Below, piece by piece: positions 1-10,275 of a DNA stretch of 64,000 nucleotides. The DNA is taken from assembly GCA_963663765.2 (NCBI GenBank), contig CAXXUA010000005.1:256001-320000 (forward strand), written 5' to 3'. This DNA is from Candidatus Poribacteria bacterium (GTDB taxonomy: Bacteria; Poribacteria; WGA-4E; WGA-3G). The notes below the pieces were generated by a model. The model saw only the letters and a list, made by a program, of their open reading frames with translations, had not been told where the DNA came from and did no database searches. Each line of letters opens with the position of its first letter. Position 1 is the first letter of the stretch. Both the position numbers and the translations under genes were made by a program.

Positions 1-288
1 GTGGGATTAGTACTCGGAGGGACACAAGCACTTAGTCGTTCTTTCTATGGTGCAATGATTCCAGAACAAGCAAGTGCCGAGTTTTATGGATTCTTTTCTG
101 TTTTTAGTAAATTTTCTGCAATCTTGGGACCTATGACATTTGGGTTAATTAAACAGGTAACGGGTTCTGCACGGTCGGCGATCATTTCAATAATTGTGTT
201 CTTTATTGTTGGATTGGTATTGCTCGCATTTGTGAATGAGGAGAAAGCAAAAGCAGAAAAACGTGCATTTGATGTAAGTAATATCTGA
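1..288 (+). CDS. MFS transporter (UMF1/Atg22-like), C-terminal fragment truncated by the window start
   Basis: 'GGTQALSRSFY...EFYGFFSVFSKFSAILGP' pattern with hydrophobic helices, typical of UMF1-family MFS C-termini. Confidence 0.8.
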   Translation: MGLVLGGTQALSRSFYGAMIPEQASAEFYGFFSVFSKFSAILGPMTFGLIKQVTGSARSAIISIIVFFIVGLVLLAFVNEEKAKAEKRAFDVSNI

Positions 289-361
289 CACTGATACATT
301 TATAATCACTTAAGTTGCTACCTACAAGATTTTAATCATGTAAATACCGTTTTTAATCTCT

Positions 362-553
362 CAGGACTTACGCACCCAACGGTAGACGGGGAATCCTAAT
401 TGGCATTCATATCCTTGATTTGGTGCTTTGTAGGCGGGGAATGCCAAAAGGCATTCATACCGTTGATTTGGCACTGGAAACCGAAAAAATGTTGAAAAAT
501 ACACCATTTTCGTCATAATTCTTCATCAAACCATGAAAACTGCGTAAGTCCTG
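362..553. mobile_element. MITE with CAGGACTTACGCA terminal inverted repeats, carrying a GTAG REP interrupted by two 35-bp inserts
   Basis: CAGGACTTACGCA at 362-374 and TGCGTAAGTCCTG at 541-553; the inverted repeat extends to 355-560; homologous to 41080-41201 and to a left end at 30882. Confidence 0.8.
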
Positions 554-872
554 AGAGATTGACTCATTTTCGTTCTATTTTTTAGCCGCCACTTTTAGTT
601 TGCACCCTTATGACACAAACTATGGTAGATTATACAATTGGATATCTATTGGAAATCCCAATAAACAGACACCCAAAAAACTACAAAAACCATAAAAAAT
701 CATATATAATATATACAAAAGAAAAGCACACAACAAATACACTATGCAAAACCAACACTCAACACAAAAAAACACAAACAAAAAACCGTACCAAAAAATG
801 AAAATAATTTTACCAAAAAGCACAACAAAAATACCGATAATGCCTTATAGATACTGGACGCATAACACCTTT

Positions 873-902
873 TCAAAACCGTACCGTACGGTACGGTTTT
901 GA
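873..902. repeat. Perfect 30-bp palindrome
   Basis: TCAAAACCGTACCGTACGGTACGGTTTTGA equals its own reverse complement. Confidence 0.9.
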
Positions 903-1309
903 TAGTAGTAAATTCATAGGAAATCTAAAGTAATGCACAAACAATTTGCAGTGATTCCTCATAGAAAAAAGAACAAACCAAAATGCAACGACACCATATA
1001 AAAAACAGATATACAAGAAACTCACAAGAAAACATTACGTTTTCGAAAATAAACGCTTTCAGACCTTACTACGACTGATTTAAAATCCAATTTGCAAAAC
1101 ATACCACGGTATGTTATTTCAGACCACGTGGTCCGTTTTGCCAAATTCAGACTAACGACAAATTGAACGCCAAATTCTATTCTATAGAAGACTTTAGAAT
1201 AATTGGACATTATGTTCGGTTAGGAAACCGAACCAACCAGGAGTGTTGTAGCAACTTAGGTATGTATAGTATTTCCCTTTCTGTTGAAAGATAAAAAGGA
1301 GGCGTATGA

Positions 1310-2599
1310 ATGAAATTTTGGAAACATCAAAACCTACCTCATACACATTTTTTTAGACACGTTAACCTTTCCTATTGGAAAATAATTTGGATTACAACGT
1401 CACTGTTTCTGTGCATGATAGTCTCAATTATATTTTGGATGTCTACTACAACAGTTGCACAAGAAGGCAATACAGTTTCAGGACGACTTGTTGATACCGA
1501 GTGGAATCCGATTTCAGATATAGTAATCTATCTTTATCCATATAAAGATCCGGATCAACGCAACTCAAGTGGTTCAGGCGATTCTGTCCAGATTAAAACT
1601 GATTCAAAAGGACGTTTTTCTTTTTCTAACATTCATCATAAAGCAATTCATTTGTATATAGACAGCAGTTCTAAGATTGGTTTTGAGATTAAAGTTCTAT
1701 CTGTAGAATTTGGCGAGATAACACTCTATCCATTCCGCGCATGGCATTGGTCATCAATCAATTTTGCATTAGATTCTGGTGCAAAAATGGAAAACATCGT
1801 CGTTACAGCGGAAATCAGAAAACGCACGAAAATTAGAACACGCGTTGTTTACGCAGATGGCACACCTGTTGCTAATGCAAAAATTTACATACTCAGGAAA
1901 ACGAAATCTTTATTTAGGAACTCCAAAGGTGATAGACGGGGCGGATTTAGGACTGATTTAGATGGGTATATTATTGATTATCTTTCCGTTGACTATCCAC
2001 CGAGATACTACATTACACTTGCTGTTGAACATCAAGGACTGTATGCAAAAGCGGTGCCTTTCATTCTGAATGACGATGTTGACATTGTACTGAAGTTAAA
2101 CGGTAATCCTGGGTCAATTACAAAACCAACCGAAGTTTATGCCGAAATATATTCCGCTCTTGAAACACTCCTTGCTCCAACACCGATGTGGATTGCAAAT
2201 CAGACTAATGGGCATGCTTATAAAATTACAAAACCTCAAACAATAAAATACTCGATGAACCAAGCTGATGCTGAAGGTGCTTATCTCCTATCAATCAACG
2301 ATGAGTTCGAACAGAATTGGCTCAGTCATATCTATGGTACTGAACGTCTATGGATCGGTTTGAGTGATGTTGAAAAAGAAGGAAACTGGAAATGGCACAG
2401 CGGAGAACCTGTAAACTATACAAACTGGCTCCCATACCAACCGGAAAAAGGGAATACTGAGACAAAAGACTATGTGATGACAGGTTATTTTGACTGGGGA
2501 TGGGAAGTATATGGCGAGATGGCAGGTGAAACAAATTTTTTCTATGTAAGGGCAATCCTTGAAAAACCAACAATACAGTTTTCTTCAGAACATGACTAA
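1310..2599 (+). CDS. Exported protein with carboxypeptidase-regulatory-like beta-sandwich repeats and a C-terminal C-type lectin domain
   Basis: N-terminal hydrophobic segment; 'VSGRLVD..PI', 'TDSKGRFSF'; CTLD motifs 'NGHAY', 'LWIGLSD..EGNWKW.SGEPVNYTNW'. Confidence 0.75.
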   Translation: MKFWKHQNLPHTHFFRHVNLSYWKIIWITTSLFLCMIVSIIFWMSTTTVAQEGNTVSGRLVDTEWNPISDIVIYLYPYKDPDQRNSSGSGDSVQIKTDSKGRFSFSNIHHKAIHLYIDSSSKIGFEIKVLSVEFGEITLYPFRAWHWSSINFALDSGAKMENIVVTAEIRKRTKIRTRVVYADGTPVANAKIYILRKTKSLFRNSKGDRRGGFRTDLDGYIIDYLSVDYPPRYYITLAVEHQGLYAKAVPFILNDDVDIVLKLNGNPGSITKPTEVYAEIYSALETLLAPTPMWIANQTNGHAYKITKPQTIKYSMNQADAEGAYLLSINDEFEQNWLSHIYGTERLWIGLSDVEKEGNWKWHSGEPVNYTNWLPYQPEKGNTETKDYVMTGYFDWGWEVYGEMAGETNFFYVRAILEKPTIQFSSEHD

Positions 2600-2650
2600 A
2601 AGGGAAGTTTTCAAATAGTCACAGTTTTCTATCTACTCAGGAGGCTGCCA

Positions 2651-3961
2651 ATGAATTATCTAAATACAAAGCAAACCATATTCATCTACGTTGTTACAAT
2701 GATGTGTTGTGTGATATTCAACGCTTGCAACACACAGAACACCCCTGCAACTTTATCTGGCACGCTTATTGATGTTGAAGGAAAACCGATTGCAAACCAC
2801 ATTGTCACCTTATATCCCATTGAGATGGGGGACATCGGTTCGGCTAAATATCAACCAATCACGACAATTGCCACATCTCCAGAGTTTATTACAGCGCGAA
2901 CAAATAAAGATGGATCATTTGCATTCAGAGAGAAGATCAGCCAGGGTATGATTAGGATCGGACTCATCTCTCCCGATACTCTTAAAAAGTTACGCAAACC
3001 AGACTTGAAGGATTTTGACTTTAATACGAAATATAAGCTTATTTCAGTCAAAATCGGTGTCATGACCTTTTACCGAGATATACACGGTCCCGGTAGCACG
3101 ACTTTTTCTTTTTTAACTGATCAAAGGATGAAAAATGTTGTAATCGTAGCACGTCGTGAGATGTGGATTGGAGGAAAAATCGTATTTAATGATGGGAAAC
3201 CATTAACAGATGCACCCGTTACTTTCAAAACAAGTACTCGACAGAAAGACAAAACTGGTGAATCAAGATATGGAGATAGAATTCGCAGGACAGATTCTAA
3301 AGGCAACTTCTTATTGGATGTATCCTATCATAGTGAACCAAAATTATATAAGGTTTCAGCGGAATATCAAGGATTATCAGCAGAATCAAAGGAGTTTCTT
3401 ATTAAAGGAAGCACACAGCATAAAAGTTTAATTTTGAAACTTAATGGTGACAGAAACGATATACCTGAAAACCCAAAACCACCAGAACCCCTACCCTTAC
3501 CCGGTATGGTGACACTTCCTAAGAAACTCACACCTGAACAGTGGATTGTGAATCCCCATAATGGACACGCTTATGTAAAAATTCTCTGTGAAAACTTTGA
3601 GGCTGCCAAGGATCGTGCCTTCGCTGAAAGTGCATATCTTGTTGCAATTAACGATGAAGACGAACAAAAGTGGATATCAAGTGCATTTGGATATGAACTT
3701 TATTGGATTGGTCTCCAAAACAATGAAGAAGGCAAATGGCAGTGGATAAGCGATGAACCTATAACTTATACTAACTGGGGACCGGAGGATAGGTTCGTTG
3801 AAGACATCCTTAGGAAAGGTGAAAAAGAAGCTGCAGTTATGACTTTTGTTGAGGGGGAGTGGCATGCGGTGGCACCAGGAGATCTTTTTTGGACGTATAC
3901 AAGAAGGGCAATCCTTGAAAAGGACAGTTGGCACACTGGAACACCTTCAGAGGATAGATAA
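2651..3961 (+). CDS. Lipoprotein paralog with beta-sandwich repeats, a Pro-rich linker and a C-type lectin domain
   Basis: Lipobox-like 'FNAC'; 'NGHAY', 'YWIGL...GKWQWISDEPITYTNW'; same architecture as the upstream gene. Confidence 0.75.
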   Translation: MNYLNTKQTIFIYVVTMMCCVIFNACNTQNTPATLSGTLIDVEGKPIANHIVTLYPIEMGDIGSAKYQPITTIATSPEFITARTNKDGSFAFREKISQGMIRIGLISPDTLKKLRKPDLKDFDFNTKYKLISVKIGVMTFYRDIHGPGSTTFSFLTDQRMKNVVIVARREMWIGGKIVFNDGKPLTDAPVTFKTSTRQKDKTGESRYGDRIRRTDSKGNFLLDVSYHSEPKLYKVSAEYQGLSAESKEFLIKGSTQHKSLILKLNGDRNDIPENPKPPEPLPLPGMVTLPKKLTPEQWIVNPHNGHAYVKILCENFEAAKDRAFAESAYLVAINDEDEQKWISSAFGYELYWIGLQNNEEGKWQWISDEPITYTNWGPEDRFVEDILRKGEKEAAVMTFVEGEWHAVAPGDLFWTYTRRAILEKDSWHTGTPSEDR

Positions 3962-3982
3962 ACATGCTATACCTTGATAATT

Positions 3983-4014
3983 ATCACCCCTTTCCATATA
4001 CAAAAAAGGGTGGT
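3983..4014. terminator. Hairpin between convergent genes
   Basis: ATCACCCCTTT...AAAGGGGTGGT inverted repeat. Confidence 0.5.
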
Positions 4015-4047
4015 AGCAGCCACCCTTATATTTACTAACAGAACTAA

Positions 4048-5055
4048 CTAATTCGCCAATTGAAAAACAACAGGGAGTTCAAGACGTATTTGGCTTCCCA
4101 TCTGTCCATCGGGGAAAGGCGGATAGGGTTCAGCATTTTGGACCGCAGCGAGTGCTGCATTGTCTAATGCACGCGACCCTGATGAAGTTGAGACCTTTGG
4201 ATCCCTAATTGTTCCGTCCTTAAGGAGAGTAAAACGAATAGTGGTGCTGGAACCTTCTTCTAAATTTCGCACATTTGGCGGAAAACGTTGAACCTCTTTT
4301 ATCCGTTCACGAACTTTCTTCAGAAACTCTGAAAATGTCTGCTTCGTACCTCCAAAATCAGCAGCACCCAATCCAAGGTCCTGTGAAACATTTAAATCCA
4401 CAGCCGCTAAACTTGATCCCACGTCCATTTTCATTGTGAGTCTTGTGTTTTCAAATTTTGGTATTTCAAACTTTGGAACAGCAGAAACAATTTTCACTTG
4501 ACGAACTTGCTGCACCATACCAGTGCCAATAGCATTAAGTTGCATACCTTCATCAGATGCGAGTTCAGTTACAGGTATTGTGAAATCTGCTGGACCCGTA
4601 TTGATGTTAGCATTTGGTGCAATGGCGCCGGTTTTTGGTACGAGTACCTCAACGACTTTTGGACGGGCAGTTTTCTGTGTTGGGCGCGGGGCAATGGTGC
4701 GTTTTGTCTGTGGTGGGGGTTCATCAACCAGAACACTTTGTACCTTATCTTCAGTCATTTGTAACACTGTCTTTTTAACAAACCAAACACCCACGATTAT
4801 TAGTGCTGCAGCATGAAGACCAATAGCCGTACCAAATGCGAATTTTTTTGCTTTTGCTTTCCACGCTTTGGACGCTTGACGATTTTGCCGTTGTGCATCA
4901 ACCACAGTGATAGTAACTTCCGATGCTTTCTCTGCTGCAACACGTCTGGCAACGTTTGAAGCTTTTCTCCCAGCACCGTCAGTGGTTTCCATTTTTTTTC
5001 TAAGACGTTTTCTTCTCTGTTTACCAAATGTATAATTAGAGAGTGTGTGACTCAT
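4048..5055 (-). CDS. Energy transducer TonB-family protein
   Basis: Single TM with 'GLHAA' His, Pro-rich linker, C-terminal 'IRFTLLKDG...SSGSRALDNAALAAV...PYPPFP...LPVVFQL'. Confidence 0.85.
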   Translation of the reverse strand: MSHTLSNYTFGKQRRKRLRKKMETTDGAGRKASNVARRVAAEKASEVTITVVDAQRQNRQASKAWKAKAKKFAFGTAIGLHAAALIIVGVWFVKKTVLQMTEDKVQSVLVDEPPPQTKRTIAPRPTQKTARPKVVEVLVPKTGAIAPNANINTGPADFTIPVTELASDEGMQLNAIGTGMVQQVRQVKIVSAVPKFEIPKFENTRLTMKMDVGSSLAAVDLNVSQDLGLGAADFGGTKQTFSEFLKKVRERIKEVQRFPPNVRNLEEGSSTTIRFTLLKDGTIRDPKVSTSSGSRALDNAALAAVQNAEPYPPFPDGQMGSQIRLELPVVFQLAN

Positions 5056-5175
5056 TCAGTTTAGTCCTCCAAACGGTAGATTTGTATCTTTGCTGAAATA
5101 TAATATTTCATTATTTATGTCAATATGATATGAAAACTCATTATTGAACAGCAAAAATTATCTTTAAGGGTGCTT

Positions 5176-5727
5176 TTAACCATCATCAAAACTAAGTAGT
5201 TTGTAACGATTATTCATCATAACAACAGAACCGAGAATCTTCAATTCAGCTTTTTGTCCAACGGGATTCTGTAAAGTCAAAACGGTTCCACGTAAGAGCT
5301 GGAAACCATCATAGTTTTCTGCCGGTTTGTCAAATCGGATATTTACAAAGCTGAGATTACTACCACCGTATTGGCTAATCCATCTTTGCATACCGATGTT
5401 ACATTTTTTGTTTAGATTTGCCCAAGCGAAATCAGGTGGATAACTACTTTTCGGAAACGCAGGATAAATCCAAGAAAGATATGTCTGCCTTTGCACCCGA
5501 AGTTGGTTTAATCTTTTAATATCCTTCTGATTTAAAGCGTCAACGACTGCCAAACCGAGTTGGTTTGGCGAGTCGAGACTGTTCTCCCATACTCGTCGCT
5601 CACACCCTATCAAACTGATGCTAAACAGTATTAATGCAGTCGCAACGTTTGAGAGGTAGCGTCGGGTAGAGATGGTGCAACGCTGCTTAATTACGTTCAC
5701 GAATTGTCCATCCTTGTGTCCAATCAT
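5176..5727 (-). CDS. Hypothetical lipoprotein (start uncertain)
   Basis: Hydrophobic stretch ending in 'LIGC' lipobox; lies within the TBDR-TonB run. Confidence 0.6.
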   Translation of the reverse strand: MIGHKDGQFVNVIKQRCTISTRRYLSNVATALILFSISLIGCERRVWENSLDSPNQLGLAVVDALNQKDIKRLNQLRVQRQTYLSWIYPAFPKSSYPPDFAWANLNKKCNIGMQRWISQYGGSNLSFVNIRFDKPAENYDGFQLLRGTVLTLQNPVGQKAELKILGSVVMMNNRYKLLSFDDG

Positions 5728-7033
5728 TGGACGGATCTATGCCACCGATAAAGCTTACATTGTCAAAGAAACTATCTGAAGGTGGTGTAGCTGGAGTGAT
5801 TGAACCTGAACCGGAACCTGGCGTAAAGTTTGGGTTATCCTTATTGAATGGGTCTGCAAGATTTGGGTCTACTACTTGGTTGCCGAGACCTGTTGCCCAA
5901 GCGGCTTCATCAAACCCATCATCATCCTTTTCATCACCAAAGTTAACACTTCCATTCTCAAAGAAGACACTGTTTTTCACTACTAAATTACCACTGTTAG
6001 CTTGTTCGTGTGATGAAGGGGTATTGACATCCAAACCGACTTTGTTGAATCCAGTGACGATGAAATTAGCGTACATACCGGCAGCACCTTCACGAATCAA
6101 CATACCGATATCGCTTTTAGGACCAACAGGATCGCCAACAAGCGTCACATTGAAAATAGTTGGTGCAGATCGGGGTAATGCTTCATTGTTGTCATCACTG
6201 TTATCGTTTTCAAATCCGTTGTCTGCATCGTCCCCGTATTGCTGTGCAATCCAGAATTGACCTTTTCCTGTCCATCCGTTAGTCCAGTCAAATGAGTCGT
6301 CACGCGCTCCTGTGACCAAAGCGTATTTGAGATCAACAGTGCCACCGAACATTTCTATACCATCATCTTGGTTCATGTGTACTTGAACGTATTCAATTAC
6401 TGTACCCGAACCAACCCCTTGTAAGGCGATTCCGTTTAACTCGTTATCCGGACTAAATTCTACACCCGCATATTCAACACGGACATAACGTAGGACACCA
6501 CTGTTGTCATTTGGATTATCTCCTCCGAATGAACCGGTATTTCCTTCACCGAAGGCATCAACTTCATGGTTGGTCGGTGCTCTACCATTGATGATTAAAC
6601 CTCCCCATTGTCCGCGTCCACGCGATCCTATAGGTTTATCACTTGTCATTATAATAGGTGCATCGGCAGTACCTTCAGCCATAATCTTTGCCCCTTGTGC
6701 AACAATAAGTGTCCCTGGTGTAGTAGTTGCACTTTCACCATAGATAGTGACACCAGGTTCAATTGTAAGTGTTACACCCTCTTGCACAAATACTGCCCCT
6801 CGCAAAAGATATTCATTATCCGCTGCGAGTGTTCGATCTTCGACGATAACACCCTGTACAACTTCCACATCACCAACTATCATATCTCCATCACCAGGTT
6901 CGTCTTTGTCATCCTCGCCGCATCCGATTATAGCAAGGGATAACCCAATAGTGAAAATGACCATTAATTGAAAAATCCAATTAATTTTATCCTGTCTCCA
7001 TAGAGACTTTAGGTTTGAAGTTATATTTGACAT
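5687..7033 (-). CDS. Acidic beta-helix-like lipoprotein of the type found next to TonB-dependent receptors
   Basis: 'IIGC' lipobox; 'GQWGGLIING', 'SGVLRYVRVEYAG...NELNG', 'DDGIEMFGG', 'DDSFDW'. Confidence 0.75.
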   Translation of the reverse strand: MSNITSNLKSLWRQDKINWIFQLMVIFTIGLSLAIIGCGEDDKDEPGDGDMIVGDVEVVQGVIVEDRTLAADNEYLLRGAVFVQEGVTLTIEPGVTIYGESATTTPGTLIVAQGAKIMAEGTADAPIIMTSDKPIGSRGRGQWGGLIINGRAPTNHEVDAFGEGNTGSFGGDNPNDNSGVLRYVRVEYAGVEFSPDNELNGIALQGVGSGTVIEYVQVHMNQDDGIEMFGGTVDLKYALVTGARDDSFDWTNGWTGKGQFWIAQQYGDDADNGFENDNSDDNNEALPRSAPTIFNVTLVGDPVGPKSDIGMLIREGAAGMYANFIVTGFNKVGLDVNTPSSHEQANSGNLVVKNSVFFENGSVNFGDEKDDDGFDEAAWATGLGNQVVDPNLADPFNKDNPNFTPGSGSGSITPATPPSDSFFDNVSFIGGIDPSNDWTQGWTIRERN

Positions 7034-7149
7034 TAGCTTTACGAAGCTCCTTTTTGTTTTTACCTCACCCGAACTGAGAGTGAGTCGTTATAATTATGAC
7101 AGAAATTTCCTTCAAATTTCTTGTCGATGCTTTAAGTTTCTTTCAAGTT

Positions 7150-7192
7150 AGAATACACAAAAAATGTTGCAAAATACTAACGATATTGTGAC
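7150..7192 (-). promoter_or_regulatory. Putative promoter with 11-bp-periodic, PhoB/OmpR-like boxes
   Basis: Minus strand GTCACAATATC-GTTAGTATTTT-GCAACATTTTT, then 4 nt, then TATTCT; same geometry at 10308-10339. Confidence 0.35.
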
Positions 7193-7275
7193 TTTATATC
7201 CCCTATACTTCAATACTTGTCAAACATTGAATATTTCTTGTTTGACTACGGACTTTAGGTAAACTATTGTACTTA

Positions 7276-10275
7276 CTAAAGGTTATAACTTATACCAAAT
7301 GAAAACGATCTACCGTTTTTGTAAATTACAGATGTCGCTTCTCCTTGTTTATAGTGCACTTCTGGATCGAGCAGATTTTTTGCAGATAAACTGAATTTGT
7401 ATGAGTTCGCAACTGTTCGACTAAAACTTAGGTCTAATTCACCACGCGGTTGTTCGTAGACATCTGGTGCACCGTGGTTACCTACATCGGTGAGTCGTCT
7501 ACCATAAATGTTATATGCAATTGAACTTGAAATACTCCAGATTGGTGCTTCATATCCTAAGGAAAAATTGATTATATAAGGACACTGTCCTTGTAATGGT
7601 CGTTCATCAGATGTTTGAATACCAATATCTTCAGGAAGTACGACCCTTGAATTAATAAATGCAGCATTTGTATTGATTGAAAAGGAACGTAATAATGGAG
7701 AGACGACACTTAGGTTTTGTCTTACTTCAAGTTCCAACCCGTAATTGTACGCTGCTTCTGCGTTTTCGAAAGTAATAAGGACTTCTGCTGTTGGTTGAAT
7801 TATCTGCTCAATTGGTTTTTTAAAGTTCTTATAAAATGCGCTCACAGCAACGACACCACCTGCAGAGGTATCTTGAAAGACCTCCCAACGAAAATCAATA
7901 TTGTCAATTAAAGTCCGTTCTAAGTCAGGATTTCCAAGCACAGTCCTACCACCGACAAAATCAGTATAATCAAATGGTGCAAGTTCTCTTAAATCTGGAC
8001 GCGTGACTGTGCGTGAATACGCAAAACGCAAATTCATCCGTTCTGTCAACCGATAAGTCAAATTGAGACCTGGCAATAGGTCAAGTGTTTTCAAATTTGC
8101 TTCTATAGGTGTGGCATCAGGGGAAAACGGATCAAAACTGGTGAGTGCCTGATTGGAGGATTCCAATCTCAGACCACTCATCAACTGCCATTTCTTGGAC
8201 AGTGATGTATCAAACATAAGGTAACATGAGTAGATAAAGTGGTCTGCAGAATAATTATCAGTTTCACGCGTAGATTCACGCAACTCAAAGACGCGAGGTG
8301 CAATGTGATTTGCTTCAAATAGCTGTTCGGGTGGTGATGACAAAATAACACCTTTTGCTTCTATGTTATCTGAAGGTTGAAATCTGAATCTTCTGACATC
8401 AAAAGCGCGATCTCTATACCGTACAAGTCCACCCAGTTTTATATCACCTTCTAATTTGAACAACATCGGCATCGTTAGATCTACTCTGGAGTTATAGTCA
8501 TCATCTTCCAGATTGAAGAAAAATCGACTGCCGCTATGTGTAATATCTCGGAATGTATATAACGGAATTGGGTTGCCGTCACTATCTATTGCTATATTCC
8601 CATTTTCATCAGTTAAAACACCTGAATCTTCGTATATAGTTTCCCGTGTATCAGGTTCATTTCGCGCGGCACGAGAATAAGTAAGTCTCCATTCTAATGA
8701 TACGTCAGGTTGATCCGTTTCAAGATCTGTACCTTCTTCAATAGTTGCGTCTTTTGATTCCGGATTTTCATCCATAGGAACGTTCTCTATTTCTGGGACA
8801 CCTAAATAAAAACCGTGTGAACCCGCTAATTGTCCTGAGAAAAGTTGACGTTCAACATATCGTAGTCTTGCGCTACGCATATCTGCGTTTCGATCTCGGT
8901 TGAATCCTTCCCAAGTTCGCGTTTGGTCCTCTGCTGTGTGTGTCGTAAGTGTACGAAGACTCAATAGATGATCTTTTGATAAACGCAGACTTGTATTCAC
9001 AACGCTACCCCAGTCTACTTCATGATTGCTCTGCTCTACACGGTAATCTGTTTTTGTAGTGAGGACATCGTTTAGTCCTATACCAAAATCCCGCCGTTCT
9101 TGTTGATTGTAACTATGACTATTGCCGTAAGAGATCACACCCAGATAACCTAACTGCTTACCTAATACAGTACTGCTATTACCTATACTAAATTTGTAAC
9201 CTTGATTTACGGGAACAACAAAACGTTCTGCGGACCAAACATTTGAGAAAGCCCGTCCAAATTCTTGTATCTCTTCAGCTGTATAACCTCTTGTCGTGAA
9301 ACGACCACGTTCACGAATAGGAATATCGTCAGGTTGTTCTTGAATTAAATCCGGTAAATCGCGAGAACCATCATCAAAACCCAAAAAGTCAAGACTTCCT
9401 CCGGAATAGGTCAAACCTTCTGTACCAGTCGCTTGTGTATTAAAACCTGTGGATATCGATAGCGACAACGTCAAAGCTTCAGGGAAGTCTTTTGTGAACA
9501 CCTGAACAGAACCTCCAGCGAAACCACCCGGTTGGTCAGGTGAAAACGTCTTTACAGTTTGTAGACTTGAAAGCAAACTTGCCGGGAAGATGTCCATCGG
9601 GACAACCCGACGATTCGGCTCAGGGCTCGGAATCTCAACGTTGTTGAGAAGCGTATTACTATAACGTTCACCTAACCCACGAACAAATACATACTTACCA
9701 CCAACAATACTGACACCAGTGACACGTCTGATTGCTTGAGCAGCCGAGGAATCTGGCAACCGACTGATCTCCTCAGTACTGATGCTATCCTCAATGCGAG
9801 AACTGCGCCTCCGTTTTTCAAGAAGACCCCGTTCCCCAGATTGACTCAACCGCACCCTCATATTGATTGCATCTAACTTGACTATTTGAGGTACAAGCGT
9901 GACCTGTAACGGTTCCAATAAACCTTCGTCGTTGACTTTTATATCGGACAAGACTGATCCGTTGTAGAATGGAGCGGACACTTGAAATGTATAAGTTCCA
10001 GCAGGCAATTCCAATGAAAAAGCACCAGTTTCATCAGAAACTGCCTTGATGTTTGTGTCTACAACCTGTATAATTACATCCGGAAGTGGTAATTCGGAAT
10101 CACTATCTATTACAACACCTGTAATTATTATGGTCTGTTGTGTTTCCTGAGCAGCTGCATCACTAACTAAGATGAAGCACATGCCAAATGTAATAAACAA
10201 CAATCCTATGCAAGGAACTTTCATTTTGCCTATCATTTTTAATCTTTTGGGGTAAGATAATTTCTTTTTTCTCAA
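7276..10275 (-). CDS. TonB-dependent receptor with an N-terminal carboxypeptidase-regulatory-like domain
   Basis: Plug motifs 'RVTGVS...VRGLGERYS..LN', 'KTFSPDQPG.FAGG'; 'GNPDL', 'AKNLLD', terminal 'FSFGISYNL' beta-signal. Confidence 0.92.
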   Translation of the reverse strand: MRKKKLSYPKRLKMIGKMKVPCIGLLFITFGMCFILVSDAAAQETQQTIIITGVVIDSDSELPLPDVIIQVVDTNIKAVSDETGAFSLELPAGTYTFQVSAPFYNGSVLSDIKVNDEGLLEPLQVTLVPQIVKLDAINMRVRLSQSGERGLLEKRRRSSRIEDSISTEEISRLPDSSAAQAIRRVTGVSIVGGKYVFVRGLGERYSNTLLNNVEIPSPEPNRRVVPMDIFPASLLSSLQTVKTFSPDQPGGFAGGSVQVFTKDFPEALTLSLSISTGFNTQATGTEGLTYSGGSLDFLGFDDGSRDLPDLIQEQPDDIPIRERGRFTTRGYTAEEIQEFGRAFSNVWSAERFVVPVNQGYKFSIGNSSTVLGKQLGYLGVISYGNSHSYNQQERRDFGIGLNDVLTTKTDYRVEQSNHEVDWGSVVNTSLRLSKDHLLSLRTLTTHTAEDQTRTWEGFNRDRNADMRSARLRYVERQLFSGQLAGSHGFYLGVPEIENVPMDENPESKDATIEEGTDLETDQPDVSLEWRLTYSRAARNEPDTRETIYEDSGVLTDENGNIAIDSDGNPIPLYTFRDITHSGSRFFFNLEDDDYNSRVDLTMPMLFKLEGDIKLGGLVRYRDRAFDVRRFRFQPSDNIEAKGVILSSPPEQLFEANHIAPRVFELRESTRETDNYSADHFIYSCYLMFDTSLSKKWQLMSGLRLESSNQALTSFDPFSPDATPIEANLKTLDLLPGLNLTYRLTERMNLRFAYSRTVTRPDLRELAPFDYTDFVGGRTVLGNPDLERTLIDNIDFRWEVFQDTSAGGVVAVSAFYKNFKKPIEQIIQPTAEVLITFENAEAAYNYGLELEVRQNLSVVSPLLRSFSINTNAAFINSRVVLPEDIGIQTSDERPLQGQCPYIINFSLGYEAPIWSISSSIAYNIYGRRLTDVGNHGAPDVYEQPRGELDLSFSRTVANSYKFSLSAKNLLDPEVHYKQGEATSVIYKNGRSFSFGISYNL

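Noticed and set aside
610-823. Short ORFs 610-801 and 620-823
   Set aside because: Low-complexity translations of an A/C-skewed tract with no RBS or motifs
1310-3961. Diversity-generating retroelement targeting the C-type lectin genes
   Set aside because: No reverse transcriptase and no template/variable repeat pair differing at adenines; the similarity is ordinary paralogy
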